54,364 nucleotides of DNA from an uncultured cyanobacterium (lineage in GTDB: Bacteria; Cyanobacteriota; Cyanobacteriia; CAKZMO01), in NCBI GenBank assembly GCA_937128595.1, contig CAKZMO010000005.1, positions 1 through 54,364 of the forward strand, given 5' to 3'. The position numbers were made by a program, and so were the translations under genes. Positions 20,667-31,169 of this stretch are shown here, in pieces. The notes below the pieces were generated by a model, which was not told the DNA's origin, did no database searches, and saw only the letters and a program-made list of their open reading frames with translations. Numbering within the stretch: the stretch's first letter is position 1; each line of letters opens with the position of its first letter.

Positions 20667-21122
20667 ATGAACAAAACATATGTGCCTAATCCAGAGGCAG
20701 TCGAAAAAGATTGGTATGTAATTGATGCATCAGGTCAAAGGCTTGGACGCTTGGCTACCGAAGTTGCATCAATTCTGAGAGGAAAAAATAAGCCGACTTA
20801 TACTCCTCATATGGATGCAGGAGATTTTGTGGTGATTGTCAATGCGGACAAGGTAGATGTCACTGGGCGCAAGCGGTGGCAAAAGCTCTATCGTCGTCAT
20901 TCGGGTCGTCCGGGTGGGATGAAAGTCGAAACATTTGACAAGCTTCAGAACCGTCTTCCTGAGCGTATTGTTGAGCAAGCAATCAAAGGTATGCTGCCGA
21001 AGAATGCTCTTGGACGCAAGCTTTTTACAAAACTGAAGGTTTATCGTGGAACTGAGCATCCTCATCAAGCTCAGAATCCTAAGTCCATAGAAATCTCAAC
21101 AATTCCGGGAGGAACTAAGTAA
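20667..21122 (+). CDS. rplM: 50S ribosomal protein L13
   Basis: Contains [53 protein letters not shown] 20667 (MNKTYVP...) is preferred over the track's GTG 20652. Confidence 0.96.
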   Translation: MNKTYVPNPEAVEKDWYVIDASGQRLGRLATEVASILRGKNKPTYTPHMDAGDFVVIVNADKVDVTGRKRWQKLYRRHSGRPGGMKVETFDKLQNRLPERIVEQAIKGMLPKNALGRKLFTKLKVYRGTEHPHQAQNPKSIEISTIPGGTK

Positions 21123-21535
21123 TGCAGACTGAAAATCAGTCAGGAAAAGTGGTCTATTGGGGAACAGGACGTCGTAAGTCTGCTGTAGCCCGCGTCCGCC
21201 TCGTTCCTGGGAGCGGAAGCTTGACTATTAATGGTCGGCCAGGAGACAACTACCTTCAGTACAATGCAGGCTACTTGACAGCTGCAAAAGCACCTCTAGA
21301 GACACTTGGGTTAGAGAGTGAATACGACATACTGGTCAACGTCCGTGGAGGCGGCTTGACAGGACAGGCGGACTCCATTCGCTTGGGTGTTGCGAGAGCG
21401 TTGTGTGAGCTTGATCCAGATAACCGCAAGCCGTTGAAAATTGAGGGCTTTTTGACTCGTGATCCGCGCGCTAAAGAGCGCAAAAAGTATGGATTACATA
21501 AGGCACGCAAAGCACCTCAGTACTCTAAGCGCTAA
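21122..21535 (+). CDS. rpsI: 30S ribosomal protein S9
   Basis: 137 aa. Contains [21 protein letters not shown] and [19 protein letters not shown], and ends [25 protein letters not shown]. The start overlaps the rplM stop as TAATG. Confidence 0.97.
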   Translation: MQTENQSGKVVYWGTGRRKSAVARVRLVPGSGSLTINGRPGDNYLQYNAGYLTAAKAPLETLGLESEYDILVNVRGGGLTGQADSIRLGVARALCELDPDNRKPLKIEGFLTRDPRAKERKKYGLHKARKAPQYSKR

Positions 21536-21600
21536 AGATTTAGGGACGAATCTTTTGTTGATATACGGTACACATTGAGCAAAACAATAGGAGGTCAATT

Positions 21601-21822
21601 ATGCCAAGAGAAGGAATTCACCCAGAGTGGTATCCCGAAGCTAAGGTCTTCTGTAACGGTGAGCTTGTAGCGACAATGGGCTCCACTCGTCCAGAGATCC
21701 ACGTTGATGTTTGGTCTGGTAATCATCCATTTTTCACTGGAACTCAGAAGATTATCGACACAGAGGGTCGAGTTGAGCGATTCTTGCGTAAATATGGAAT
21801 GAGCGACTCAGCTGACAGTTGA
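21601..21822 (+). CDS. rpmE: 50S ribosomal protein L31
   Basis: 73 aa. Starts MPREGIHPEWYPEAKVFCNGELV and contains VDVWSGNHPFFTGTQKIIDTEGRVERF. Confidence 0.95.
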   Translation: MPREGIHPEWYPEAKVFCNGELVATMGSTRPEIHVDVWSGNHPFFTGTQKIIDTEGRVERFLRKYGMSDSADS

Positions 21823-22172
21823 GAAAGCTTACTTTTTGAGTTCACAAAAGACTTTTCTTGTCAGAGTTAGCTAGCGTGGACTGCTTAATGTTTCTTTAGT
21901 TAGTGGCACAAAAATTTCATACAACATCAGAGACTCAGGTTTGAATTCGAGTGCGTGTAGAAAAAACATATTACTCGTGTCCAATCGCTGAGTCTTGTGC
22001 TTTCAAGGGTGGGTTTTCTATTGAATAGCTGGGGTGGATTCTCACCAATACTCACGACGCGTTTTGTTCTTCTTCTTTTCTGACGGTAAGACAGAGCTGT
22101 TAGCCGTTCTGGCTGGCTCATCGCTATATTGAAAGCTATGTGATGTTTGTTTTAACGTCCGAGTTTCCTTAG

Positions 22173-23288
<1,116 letters not shown>

Positions 23289-23352
23289 GCCATTGCTGAA
23301 ACTGTGTAGACTGAGAGCCTGTACAACGTTAGTTTGCTGAAGTTTTTTCATC

Positions 23353-24696
23353 ATGGCTCGTTTCCTTCACGTTGCTGATGTTCATCTTGGCTTTGACCGC
23401 TACGATAGCAAGACTCGCAGTCAAGATTTTTTCTACGCTTTCTACGACGTTTTGGAGCGCTATGCGATCGCCGAACGTGTTGATTTTGTGGCGATCGCGG
23501 GAGACTTGTTTGAGCACCGTAATATTCAGCCAGCAACGCTCAATCAGGCTCAACGTTGCTTAGAGTTGCTGAAGGGAGAAGGGATTCCGGCAGTTGCCAT
23601 CGAAGGCAATCATGACAATCGTCCCTATGGCACCAAAACTAATTGGCTGCGTTATTTGTCTGACTGGGAACAGCTAATCCTGCTAGAGCCTAGCGATAAG
23701 GGAACTGGAGAAGTCGCTTTTCAACCCTGGAATTTTGATACAAAGCGGGGTGGGTACATTGATCTGGAATGTGGAGTGCGAGTGCTCGGCAGTGCTTGGT
23801 ATGGCGCAACCGCTCCAATGGCAGTCCAGCATCTGGCTCAGCAGATTGCCGATTTGCCTCCCTATTCGGGGTCTCAAGTGATGCTGTTTCATCATGGCTT
23901 AGAAGGACAGATTGCGCGTTATGCAGGAGCTTTGCGTTATGAGGATTTGCTGCCGCTAAAGCAGGCTGGTATTGACTATTTGGCGCTAGGACATATTCAC
24001 AAAAACTACTGCGTCGAAAACTGGGTGTTTAATCCTGGTTCTGTCGAGGCAAACAGCATTGAGGAAAGTCGCTATGACCGAGGCGTCTATCTTGCTGAGA
24101 TCGACAAGAACAAGATTCAAGTCAGCCTCAAGCAAGAGTATCGACAACGGCAGATTGTGCGTCTTGCTGTGACCGCTAAGGGACATGAGACAGAAGAAGA
24201 GGTCGAGGCAATGGCGATCGCCGCTGTAGAATCTGCGATTCAAAAGAAGACCATTGCGCCAGAACAAGCTCCTATTGTTGAGCTTCGGATTGAAGGTCAA
24301 GTAGGGTTTGACCGATTAGATTTAGATACACGGCAGTTACAAGAACGTTTAGCAGCTTTGAGCGGAGCCTTGATCTTTTTGCTGAAATACGAAGTTGATG
24401 CCGTGGCGTATCAGTCTCCTCTCTCTGAAAATGCTCATCGTACAGAAATTGAGAGAGAAGTATATTTAGACTTAGTATCAGCTCACAATGTCTACAAAAA
24501 AAGGGCTGGGGCGATCGCCAAAGGACTGATTGGCCTCAAGGATTTATATTTGGAGGGACGACAAGAACCCGATCTCCATGAATTTGTGGAAGCTCTCCTG
24601 GATGAGGATGGGGCTACCGATACCGATCTTCTCGTTGAGGCCATTTCTGCGACCGAATCGTTGGTTCAGTCTACAGAGAAAGATCGCGATGCGTGA
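23353..24696 (+). CDS. SbcD/Mre11-like metallophosphoesterase (DNA repair exonuclease family)
   Basis: 447 aa. Calcineurin-type nuclease motifs appear in order: [28 protein letters not shown] and LALGHIH. No SbcC/Rad50-like ATPase gene is adjacent. Confidence 0.8.
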   Translation: MARFLHVADVHLGFDRYDSKTRSQDFFYAFYDVLERYAIAERVDFVAIAGDLFEHRNIQPATLNQAQRCLELLKGEGIPAVAIEGNHDNRPYGTKTNWLRYLSDWEQLILLEPSDKGTGEVAFQPWNFDTKRGGYIDLECGVRVLGSAWYGATAPMAVQHLAQQIADLPPYSGSQVMLFHHGLEGQIARYAGALRYEDLLPLKQAGIDYLALGHIHKNYCVENWVFNPGSVEANSIEESRYDRGVYLAEIDKNKIQVSLKQEYRQRQIVRLAVTAKGHETEEEVEAMAIAAVESAIQKKTIAPEQAPIVELRIEGQVGFDRLDLDTRQLQERLAALSGALIFLLKYEVDAVAYQSPLSENAHRTEIEREVYLDLVSAHNVYKKRAGAIAKGLIGLKDLYLEGRQEPDLHEFVEALLDEDGATDTDLLVEAISATESLVQSTEKDRDA

Positions 24697-26020
24697 AAGA
24701 CTTCGCATCTTCACCGGAATAGGTAGCGGCAACTTGTCCTTGACCAACAAGCTGATACTTATAGGTCACTAATCCCTCTAACCCGACTGGACCGCGCGGT
24801 GGCATTTTTTGGGTGCTGATCCCCACTTCGGCTCCAAATCCATAGCGAAATCCATCAGAGAATCGAGTGGAGCAGTTGTGAAAGACGCCAGCCGCATCTA
24901 CCTGATCCATAAATAAGCTTGCTGTATCGGTATCATCGCTCACGATCGCTTCCGTATGGCGCGACCCATAAATATTGATGTGGGCGATCGCCTGATCTAA
25001 GGTCTCAACAACTTTGACAGTCAAAGTCAAAGCGCTATATTCCGTTGACCAATCATCGTCGGTTGCAGCTAAAAGGTTTCTTCCTGTACTGAGATTGTTG
25101 CTCTCCAGAATCTCACGGGTGTGCAGATCGCCCCGAAGCTCAACTCCTTGGTCGAAAAGCGCGGCTGCTAACGCGGGTAAGGCATCAGCCGCAATATCAC
25201 CATGGACAAGCAGGGTTTCAATCGCATTGCAAGCCGAGGGGTAGCCCACTTTTGCATCAACGGCGATCGCCACTGCCTGCTCAATATTTGCCGCTCGGTC
25301 AATATAAAGATGACAGATGCCATCGGCATGACCCAACACAGGAATTCGGGTATTGTCTTGAACAAAGCGGACAAACGAATTCGATCCCCGAGGAATAATC
25401 AAATCTACTAACCCTTCTAACTTCAGAAGTTCTAGAGTCTCCTCACGAGTGGTCAAAAGCTGCACCACATCAGGATTGACTTCAGTCTTGGAGAGTCCCG
25501 CGCGAATCGCCTTGACGAGAGCCTCACAGGAACGCACTGCTTCTCGACCGCCTTTGAGAATGACCCCGTTTCCAGATTTGATAGCCAATGTTGCAATCTG
25601 CATCACCGCATCAGGCCGAGATTCAAAAATCACCCCCAAGACCCCAAGGGGACAAGAGATCCGCTTGAGAACCAACCCCTCATCCAACTCTCGATGAATT
25701 TGGATTTGACCGACCGGATCCGCCAGCTTGCCAACATCGCGTACTCCGGCGATCGCCCCTTGCAACTTTGTCGCATCCAGTTTCAGACGACCATAGAGAG
25801 CGGGTGCTAAGTTGTCGTCCAAAGCAGCCTGACAATCGACTGCATTAGCCTTAACGATGTCATCGGCATGCTCACTGAGAGAAAGAGCGATCGCCTCAAT
25901 AGCTCTGTTTTTTTCATCAGCAGACAAAACAGCTAACTTTCGTGCGGCCTGACGGGTCATTTGCGCAACAGTCTTCAAAGAGCCCGTAGAAGAACCAGCG
26001 GAAAGGGAAGATACGGTCAT
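24671..26020 (-). CDS. proA: Gamma-glutamyl phosphate reductase
   Basis: 449 aa aldehyde-dehydrogenase-fold protein. Contains [43 protein letters not shown] and [11 protein letters not shown]. Confidence 0.95.
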   Translation of the reverse strand: MTVSSLSAGSSTGSLKTVAQMTRQAARKLAVLSADEKNRAIEAIALSLSEHADDIVKANAVDCQAALDDNLAPALYGRLKLDATKLQGAIAGVRDVGKLADPVGQIQIHRELDEGLVLKRISCPLGVLGVIFESRPDAVMQIATLAIKSGNGVILKGGREAVRSCEALVKAIRAGLSKTEVNPDVVQLLTTREETLELLKLEGLVDLIIPRGSNSFVRFVQDNTRIPVLGHADGICHLYIDRAANIEQAVAIAVDAKVGYPSACNAIETLLVHGDIAADALPALAAALFDQGVELRGDLHTREILESNNLSTGRNLLAATDDDWSTEYSALTLTVKVVETLDQAIAHINIYGSRHTEAIVSDDTDTASLFMDQVDAAGVFHNCSTRFSDGFRYGFGAEVGISTQKMPPRGPVGLEGLVTYKYQLVGQGQVAATYSGEDAKSFTHRDLSL

Positions 26021-26182
26021 GGCTTAAGGGTTTCTGTGCGAAATTTTGTACGAGACGTGATGCAGATCTTTCAACTTTGAGTATCTATAGCGTGAAGGAT
26101 GGTCTCCAATTCCGTCAATGGCTTTCGTTAATGTCTACAAATGCGGGATTGTCGCTAACTATACCTGTAGTCAGCTTATTTG

Positions 26183-26290
26183 GGATGTATAGCAATGCGC
26201 AGATAGGTTAGGACAGATATTGATGGAGAAGCCGCGCGGTGCGCGGCTTCTCCATCAACGATTGGTTTTATATCAGCGCGTAGCACTATA
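26183..26290 (+). repeat. Copy A of a ~107-bp dispersed repeat with a perfect 15-bp GC-rich central hairpin (REP/MITE-like)
   Basis: Positions 26188-26255 are 68/68 identical to 30413-30480. The central hairpin is atggagaagccgcgc-ggt-gcgcggcttctccat (26223-26255). Similarity continues through attggttttatatcagcg[c/t]gtagca. Confidence 0.85.
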
Positions 26291-26461
26291 GACATTTTTG
26301 TGGCCGCACGGCCACTTTGATTTTTACAGATTTGATAAATTCATCGGAAACTATGTCATGGGTTTTCGGGAGACAAGGCATGATGAATAGAAAATCTCTT
26401 CTATCTCTTGCTGAATCAATTCTGGGAAGCGACTCTGTGAACAGCGAGTCGGCAGCGAAAC

Positions 26462-28828
26462 ATGCATGATGCCACTATGGATACACGCGAATGGTTAATC
26501 TCCAATGGAACAGGTAGCTTTGCCAGCGGGACAGTTGCAGATGCCCATACACGCACCTATCACGGTTGGTTGATCGCCTCACTTCAGCCCCCCGTACAGC
26601 AGACTCTTCTGCTTTCGCATATCGAGGCTAGCCTTTATTTAGCAGGCAATGCTGTCGATTTGGGTAGTAATTTTTGGACAAGTGGCAACATTCATCCTCA
26701 GGGGTTTGAGCTTCTCCAATCATTCTCGCCATTGCCTGTGCCTACATGGGTTTGGGGCGAAGAAGACTGGCAGATTTCACGACAGATCGCGATGCCTTTT
26801 GGATTGACGAGCTATTTGTCGATCGATGATTTCTGTGAAAAAAGGTGGCTCCAGCAAGCTGAACAAGCTCAACGCTCGTCTAAGTCAGATTCAGAATCGA
26901 GTTCCAACGCAGTGGCTGTTCAGCCATTTACTCACGCCTCTTCTTCGAAATCCTCTGCAGCGACAATCTCTAATCGAGTCTTAGTTCGCTACAGCTATCA
27001 AGGATCTCAATCTGCCATTTTGACGTTGCGACCGCTGATTGGCGATCGCTCATTTCACCAGCAGCAGCGCAGCGATTCTGACCTTCAGTTTTCGCAGCTA
27101 GTCAATACCAACAGCCTGTCTCTGCAAGCCATTCGTCAAAATTGGGTCGGAACTCCTTGGACACTAACCTGGACTCGGGGTACCTACTATCCCGACGGAG
27201 CCTGGTATTGGAATTTTTTATATCCAGAAGAGACTCGTCGAGGACTAGGTGATACAGAAGATTTGTTCAGTCCTGGATATCTCGTTGTTGCCTTAGAGCC
27301 AGGTGCAAGCGTCACCCTAGAAGCCCAAATTGTCTGGCCTCCTCCCTCAACGTCAAGCCTCAACGACACAACCTTCGATCGACTGCTTCACATCGAACAT
27401 TCTCGAATTCAGCAGTTGCTCCAGCCCTTGCATAACTTTTCTCCACGAGAATCTCTGATGACGGCTTCTGGAGAACTGCTGACCAGCCCCGCATCGACAG
27501 CACTGACTTTAGACAAAGATTCCATCAGAGAGACTAGGTCTGATAAAGAATCGGGGTTGGAGCCGAAGTCCGATTCGGGATATGAGCTTGAGAGCATACC
27601 CGATTTATCAAACGAGACCCGACTCAACCCCTCTATTCAGCAGTTGAAAGAGCGGCTGTGGCAAGCGGGCGATCGCTTCATCGTCTATCGTCATTCTGTG
27701 GAGGGAGCCTCCATTCTGGCGGGGTATCCTTGGTTTTCTGATTGGAGTCGCGACACACTGGTTGCATTGCCAGGTCTGACTCTGACCACTGGGCGATTCG
27801 ATGTAGCGCGTGATCTGCTGCAAACGTTTGCAGGGTATTGTCATGAGGGATTGATGCCCAATGCTTTTCCAAACGACAACGCTCATCTCTATTTCAACAA
27901 TCTGGACGTGTCGTTGTGGTGGGTAGAAACGCTAGGACTTTATGTCGAAGCCAGTCAAGACTGGGCTTTTCTAATGCGGCATTACCCCACCGTGCAGCGC
28001 ATCTACAAAAAGTTGACGGTTGGAACCCTGAAGAATATCCATGTTGACGCATCTGATGGGCTGCTGACTTGGAATGCACCAAGAGAAGCCTTGACTTGGA
28101 TGGATGTTGTGGTTGACCGAGAGGCTATTACGCCCCGTTCGGGTAAGGCGATTGAGATCAATGGGCTTTGGTACTCGATGCTCTGTTGGGCTCAGTACTG
28201 GGCTGAATGGATCTGTGAGAACACAGACAGTTGCCCCACTTCCCTGAAGAGCCAGGGTCGGCGCTATGGACAACAGGCAGCCCAAGTCAAAGAGTCGCTG
28301 CGCAAATTTTGGAATGCGCAACGAGGCTACTTTCACGACTGTATTGGGTCTGATGATGAACCTGACCCCAGCATTCGGCCTAATGCTTTGATTGCGCTGT
28401 CTTTGAGCCACTGCGGATTTGCAGAGGGTCATGCTCGTCAGGCATTGCTGATGGCATGCGATCGCTTGCTCACCCCCTATGGATTGCGATCGCTCGATCG
28501 AGCCCATCCCGCCTACCAAGGAAAATATGCAGGCAATCTGTATCATCGCGATCGCGCCTATCATCAAGGGACGGTTTGGAGCTGGCTCCTAGGGCCGTTT
28601 ATCCGGAGTTGGAAACGATTTTTACCCGAAGAACCTTTGCCGATAGATGGAAACACCTTATTGGAACATTTTCAAAACCAGGCTTGTTTCGATTCCATCT
28701 CAGAAATTTTCGACGGGGATGCTCCTCATGATGCTGAGGGGGCGGTCGCTCAGGCATGGTCTGTTGCTGAGCTAATTCGCCACTGGGACGATATCTTTTC
28801 AGACTCGTCAGAACATATGGAACAGTAG
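26462..28828 (+). CDS. Amylo-alpha-1,6-glucosidase family protein (GDE_C-type glycogen debranching enzyme-like)
   Basis: 788 aa. The N-terminus REWLISNGTGSFASGTVADAHTRTYHGWLIA and the core GYPWFSDWSRDTLVALPGL are typical of archaeal/bacterial GDE-type enzymes. Later motifs include MPNAFP, LTWMD and AYHQGTVWSWLLGPF. There are two Ser/acidic low-complexity insertions. Confidence 0.85.
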   Translation: MHDATMDTREWLISNGTGSFASGTVADAHTRTYHGWLIASLQPPVQQTLLLSHIEASLYLAGNAVDLGSNFWTSGNIHPQGFELLQSFSPLPVPTWVWGEEDWQISRQIAMPFGLTSYLSIDDFCEKRWLQQAEQAQRSSKSDSESSSNAVAVQPFTHASSSKSSAATISNRVLVRYSYQGSQSAILTLRPLIGDRSFHQQQRSDSDLQFSQLVNTNSLSLQAIRQNWVGTPWTLTWTRGTYYPDGAWYWNFLYPEETRRGLGDTEDLFSPGYLVVALEPGASVTLEAQIVWPPPSTSSLNDTTFDRLLHIEHSRIQQLLQPLHNFSPRESLMTASGELLTSPASTALTLDKDSIRETRSDKESGLEPKSDSGYELESIPDLSNETRLNPSIQQLKERLWQAGDRFIVYRHSVEGASILAGYPWFSDWSRDTLVALPGLTLTTGRFDVARDLLQTFAGYCHEGLMPNAFPNDNAHLYFNNLDVSLWWVETLGLYVEASQDWAFLMRHYPTVQRIYKKLTVGTLKNIHVDASDGLLTWNAPREALTWMDVVVDREAITPRSGKAIEINGLWYSMLCWAQYWAEWICENTDSCPTSLKSQGRRYGQQAAQVKESLRKFWNAQRGYFHDCIGSDDEPDPSIRPNALIALSLSHCGFAEGHARQALLMACDRLLTPYGLRSLDRAHPAYQGKYAGNLYHRDRAYHQGTVWSWLLGPFIRSWKRFLPEEPLPIDGNTLLEHFQNQACFDSISEIFDGDAPHDAEGAVAQAWSVAELIRHWDDIFSDSSEHMEQ

Positions 28829-29181
28829 CCTAGCTCTAGGAGCACGCTTCAATGAGAACTTCAAAAGGAATAGGCTCAAAGAGAACGTGACGCACCTGAC
28901 AAATCATCACAGCTTGCTCAAAAGGAGTTGCGGTCAAGCACAATAATGCCATAATGATGACTGCTCTAGATATAGAGCAACGAGCCAATAAAAATAGAGT
29001 CGGCACTCTAGGAGTAGAGTGAAGTAGTAGATCACCAAAAGCGCAATTTTAAAACAAGGTAGCGCTAAGGTAGCAAGACACGTTGATGCTTTAAGCAAAC
29101 GCATCTTGCTCAATGTCTATACAGATCTGATCACTTGTACTCCGTCCGTGGCTCTTCGACTTACCATCATGGCATGGGCAG

Positions 29182-30336
29182 GTGATGACTCCATTAAGAA
29201 CGATGACACGAACTGGTATTGGTATCCGCACGGCTCAGACCCGTTCTGAGCGGCTTTCGGGACAGATTCACGTTTACGACGGGGCTGGCAAGGGCAAATC
29301 TCAAGCGGCCCTGGGTGTTGTCTTGCGTTCAATTGGCCTCGGCATTCATAACGTGATGGAGTCCCGAGTATTGCTACTGCGTTTTCTAAAAGGCCCTGGA
29401 CGCACCTACGACGAGGATGCAGCAATCGAAGCATTACAACGAGGCTTTCCTCACCTAATCGATCAGGTACGCACCGGGCGTTCGGAGTTCTTCAGTGCCG
29501 ATGAAGTGACTCGATTCGACCGCCAAGAAGCTCAGCGTGGCTGGGACGTTGCGAAAGGAGCGATCGCCTCTGGGCTTTATTCTGTCGTCGTGCTAGATGA
29601 GCTGAATCCTATTCTCGATTTAGGATTATTGCCTGTTGATGAGGTTGTGAAAACGCTCCGCAACAAGTCTGATTACATAGAAATCATTGCGACTGGACGA
29701 GGCGCACCGCAGCCTCTGCTAGATATTGCCGATCTCCACTCAGAAATGAAAGCCCACCAGCATCCCAACGCAGCAGCTCTAGGCATCGAAGGTATTGAAA
29801 TCTATACGGGAGATGGGAAAGGGAAATCGACCAGCGCTCTGGGCAAAGCGTTACAAGCCATTGGTCGTGGCATTGGGCAAGATAAATCTCATCGCGTGCT
29901 CATCATGCAGTGGCTCAAGGGAGGTCAAGGGTACACCGAAGATGCGGCGATCGCCGCTCTCCGTCAGAGCTATCCCGAACTCGTAGATCATCAACGCTGT
30001 GGGCGAGATGCCATTGTGTGGCGAGGGCAGCAGCAAGAAATTGATTATGTAGAGGCTGAGCGAGGTTGGGAAATTGCACGGGCGGCGATCGCCTCTGGAC
30101 TCTACAAAACCATCATGCTCGATGAACTCAACCCTACGGTGGATCTAGAACTGCTTCCTTCCGAACCGATTATTCAAGCGCTTTTGCGTAAGCCCCGTGA
30201 CACCGAAGTGATCATCACGGGACGCTGCAAGAACCCGCCTGCTTATTTTGATCTAGCCAGCATTCACTCAGAAGTCTGCTGTCACAAGCACTATGCCGAA
30301 AAAGGAATTGACTTAAAGCGTGGCGTTGATTTCTAA
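29182..30336 (+). CDS. Tandem fusion of two CobA/CobO/ButR-type cob(I)yrinic acid a,c-diamide adenosyltransferase-like P-loop domains
   Basis: 384 aa. Domain 1: IHVYDGAGKGKSQAALG...LLRFLKG...VVVLDELNPIL...IIATGRG...LHSEM. Domain 2: IEIYTGDGKGKSTSALG...IMQWLKGG...TIMLDELNPTV...VIITGRC...IHSEVCCHKHYAEKGIDLKRGVDF. Each aligns with the single-domain Salmonella CobA pattern (GNGKGKTTAA...FIKG...LDE...ITGR...KH...G...GIDY). Confidence 0.8.
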   Translation: MMTPLRTMTRTGIGIRTAQTRSERLSGQIHVYDGAGKGKSQAALGVVLRSIGLGIHNVMESRVLLLRFLKGPGRTYDEDAAIEALQRGFPHLIDQVRTGRSEFFSADEVTRFDRQEAQRGWDVAKGAIASGLYSVVVLDELNPILDLGLLPVDEVVKTLRNKSDYIEIIATGRGAPQPLLDIADLHSEMKAHQHPNAAALGIEGIEIYTGDGKGKSTSALGKALQAIGRGIGQDKSHRVLIMQWLKGGQGYTEDAAIAALRQSYPELVDHQRCGRDAIVWRGQQQEIDYVEAERGWEIARAAIASGLYKTIMLDELNPTVDLELLPSEPIIQALLRKPRDTEVIITGRCKNPPAYFDLASIHSEVCCHKHYAEKGIDLKRGVDF

Positions 30337-30409
30337 GTTGGGGTGATGGACGAGTATCGAGAAGCAATCCGTGTCTCAATTAATGAGCCTTAATTGTTTG
30401 GCTCTAGCA

Positions 30410-30516
30410 GGATATAGCAATGCGCAGATAGGTTAGGACAGATATTGATGGAGAAGCCGCGCGGTGCGCGGCTTCTCCATAGACTATTGGTTTTATATCA
30501 GCGTGTAGCAGGATAT
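30410..30516 (+). repeat. Copy B of the ~107-bp hairpin repeat
   Basis: Same orientation as copy A. The hairpin lies at 30448-30480. An 11-bp direct repeat, tagcaggatat, occurs at 30405-30415 and 30506-30516. The copy starts about 70 nt after the stop of the CobA-fusion gene. Confidence 0.85.
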
Positions 30517-30785
30517 CAACTCTCTATTGTCTGTATCTTTCTACGTATTAGATTTAAAAAAAGTTGGCAAACGCTATGTTTGTTTATGTTAGTTTATGTC
30601 AGAGGCGCATTCAGCGGACTCTGCTCAGGCTTATGCCGATATGATTTGTACTTTTTTCATGTCTGGTAAATTCCTGGGATTTTTTTGTGCTTTTTTGTTA
30701 TCGCAACTTAAATTTTCGCGATCGCGATACGCACGTTTGGTTTGTCTGGGTGGCTTTTTTCTCTAGGTATACGGGAAATACTTCG

Positions 30786-31088
30786 ATGAACTTGATTACA
30801 ACCCTGGGATTGATTGCTGGAACGTTGACGACGGCAGCCTACTGTCCTCAGCTTGTCAAAACCTGGCGGTCAAAGTCAGCTGGGGATATCTCTTGGTCAA
30901 TGCTAATCACGCTGTGTGCGGGCATCTTGCTGTGGCTCGTCTACGGCGTTTATGTTCACGACTGGCCTGTTATTCTTGCCAATGTTGTAACCCTGATGCT
31001 GACATCAGTCATATTGGCGCTAAAAATTCGTTACGAGCTACCTTCTCCATCTCTCCCTGCGACCCAAGCTTCAAGTCTTACTAAGTAG
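30786..31088 (+). CDS. SemiSWEET-type (PQ-loop/MtN3) sugar transporter
   Basis: 100 aa from ATG 30786. It has three transmembrane helices with the PQ motif (TTAAYCPQLVKTWRSKSAGDISWSMLI). The track's longer ORF from 30687 adds an implausible N-terminus. Confidence 0.8.
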   Translation: MNLITTLGLIAGTLTTAAYCPQLVKTWRSKSAGDISWSMLITLCAGILLWLVYGVYVHDWPVILANVVTLMLTSVILALKIRYELPSPSLPATQASSLTK

Positions 31089-31169
31089 GCAACCTGACTT
31101 AGGAACTGCTGAACCCCGCCTGTATCGCCATTATTCTCATTTTTTTCGGGAATACTATGCTCATCTTGA

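Noticed and set aside
21927-22121. 64-aa minus-strand ORF between rpmE and prfA
   Set aside because: It is antisense to the direction of the whole operon. Apart from a basic stretch (RQKRRRTKR), it has no recognisable motif, no ribosome-binding site and no terminator.
27971-28567. 198-aa minus-strand ORF, and smaller ORFs at 27187-28082
   Set aside because: They are antisense or out of frame within the well-supported glucosidase gene.
28934-29104. 56-aa hydrophobic minus-strand ORF (MRLLKASTCLATLALPCFKIALLVIYYF...) in the glucosidase-CobA spacer
   Set aside because: It has no convincing ribosome-binding site, no terminator and an odd Cys/Tyr/Leu composition. It cannot be supported without conservation data.
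28829-29181. Looked for a cobalamin riboswitch (B12 box) upstream of the CobA-like gene
   Set aside because: No B12-box-like or GCCACTG-type conserved element is visible in the 350-bp leader.
26183-30516. Idea that the two repeats form a composite transposon
   Set aside because: There is no transposase, integrase or recombinase gene between or beside them. The cargo is two HIP1-containing resident-looking genes. The repeats are kept only as a finding to be tested.
30445-30669. 74-aa plus-strand ORF (MMEKPRGARLLH...)
   Set aside because: It starts inside the hairpin of repeat copy B. The same 'MEKPRGARLLH' translation also arises from copy A, so it is an artefact of the repeat.
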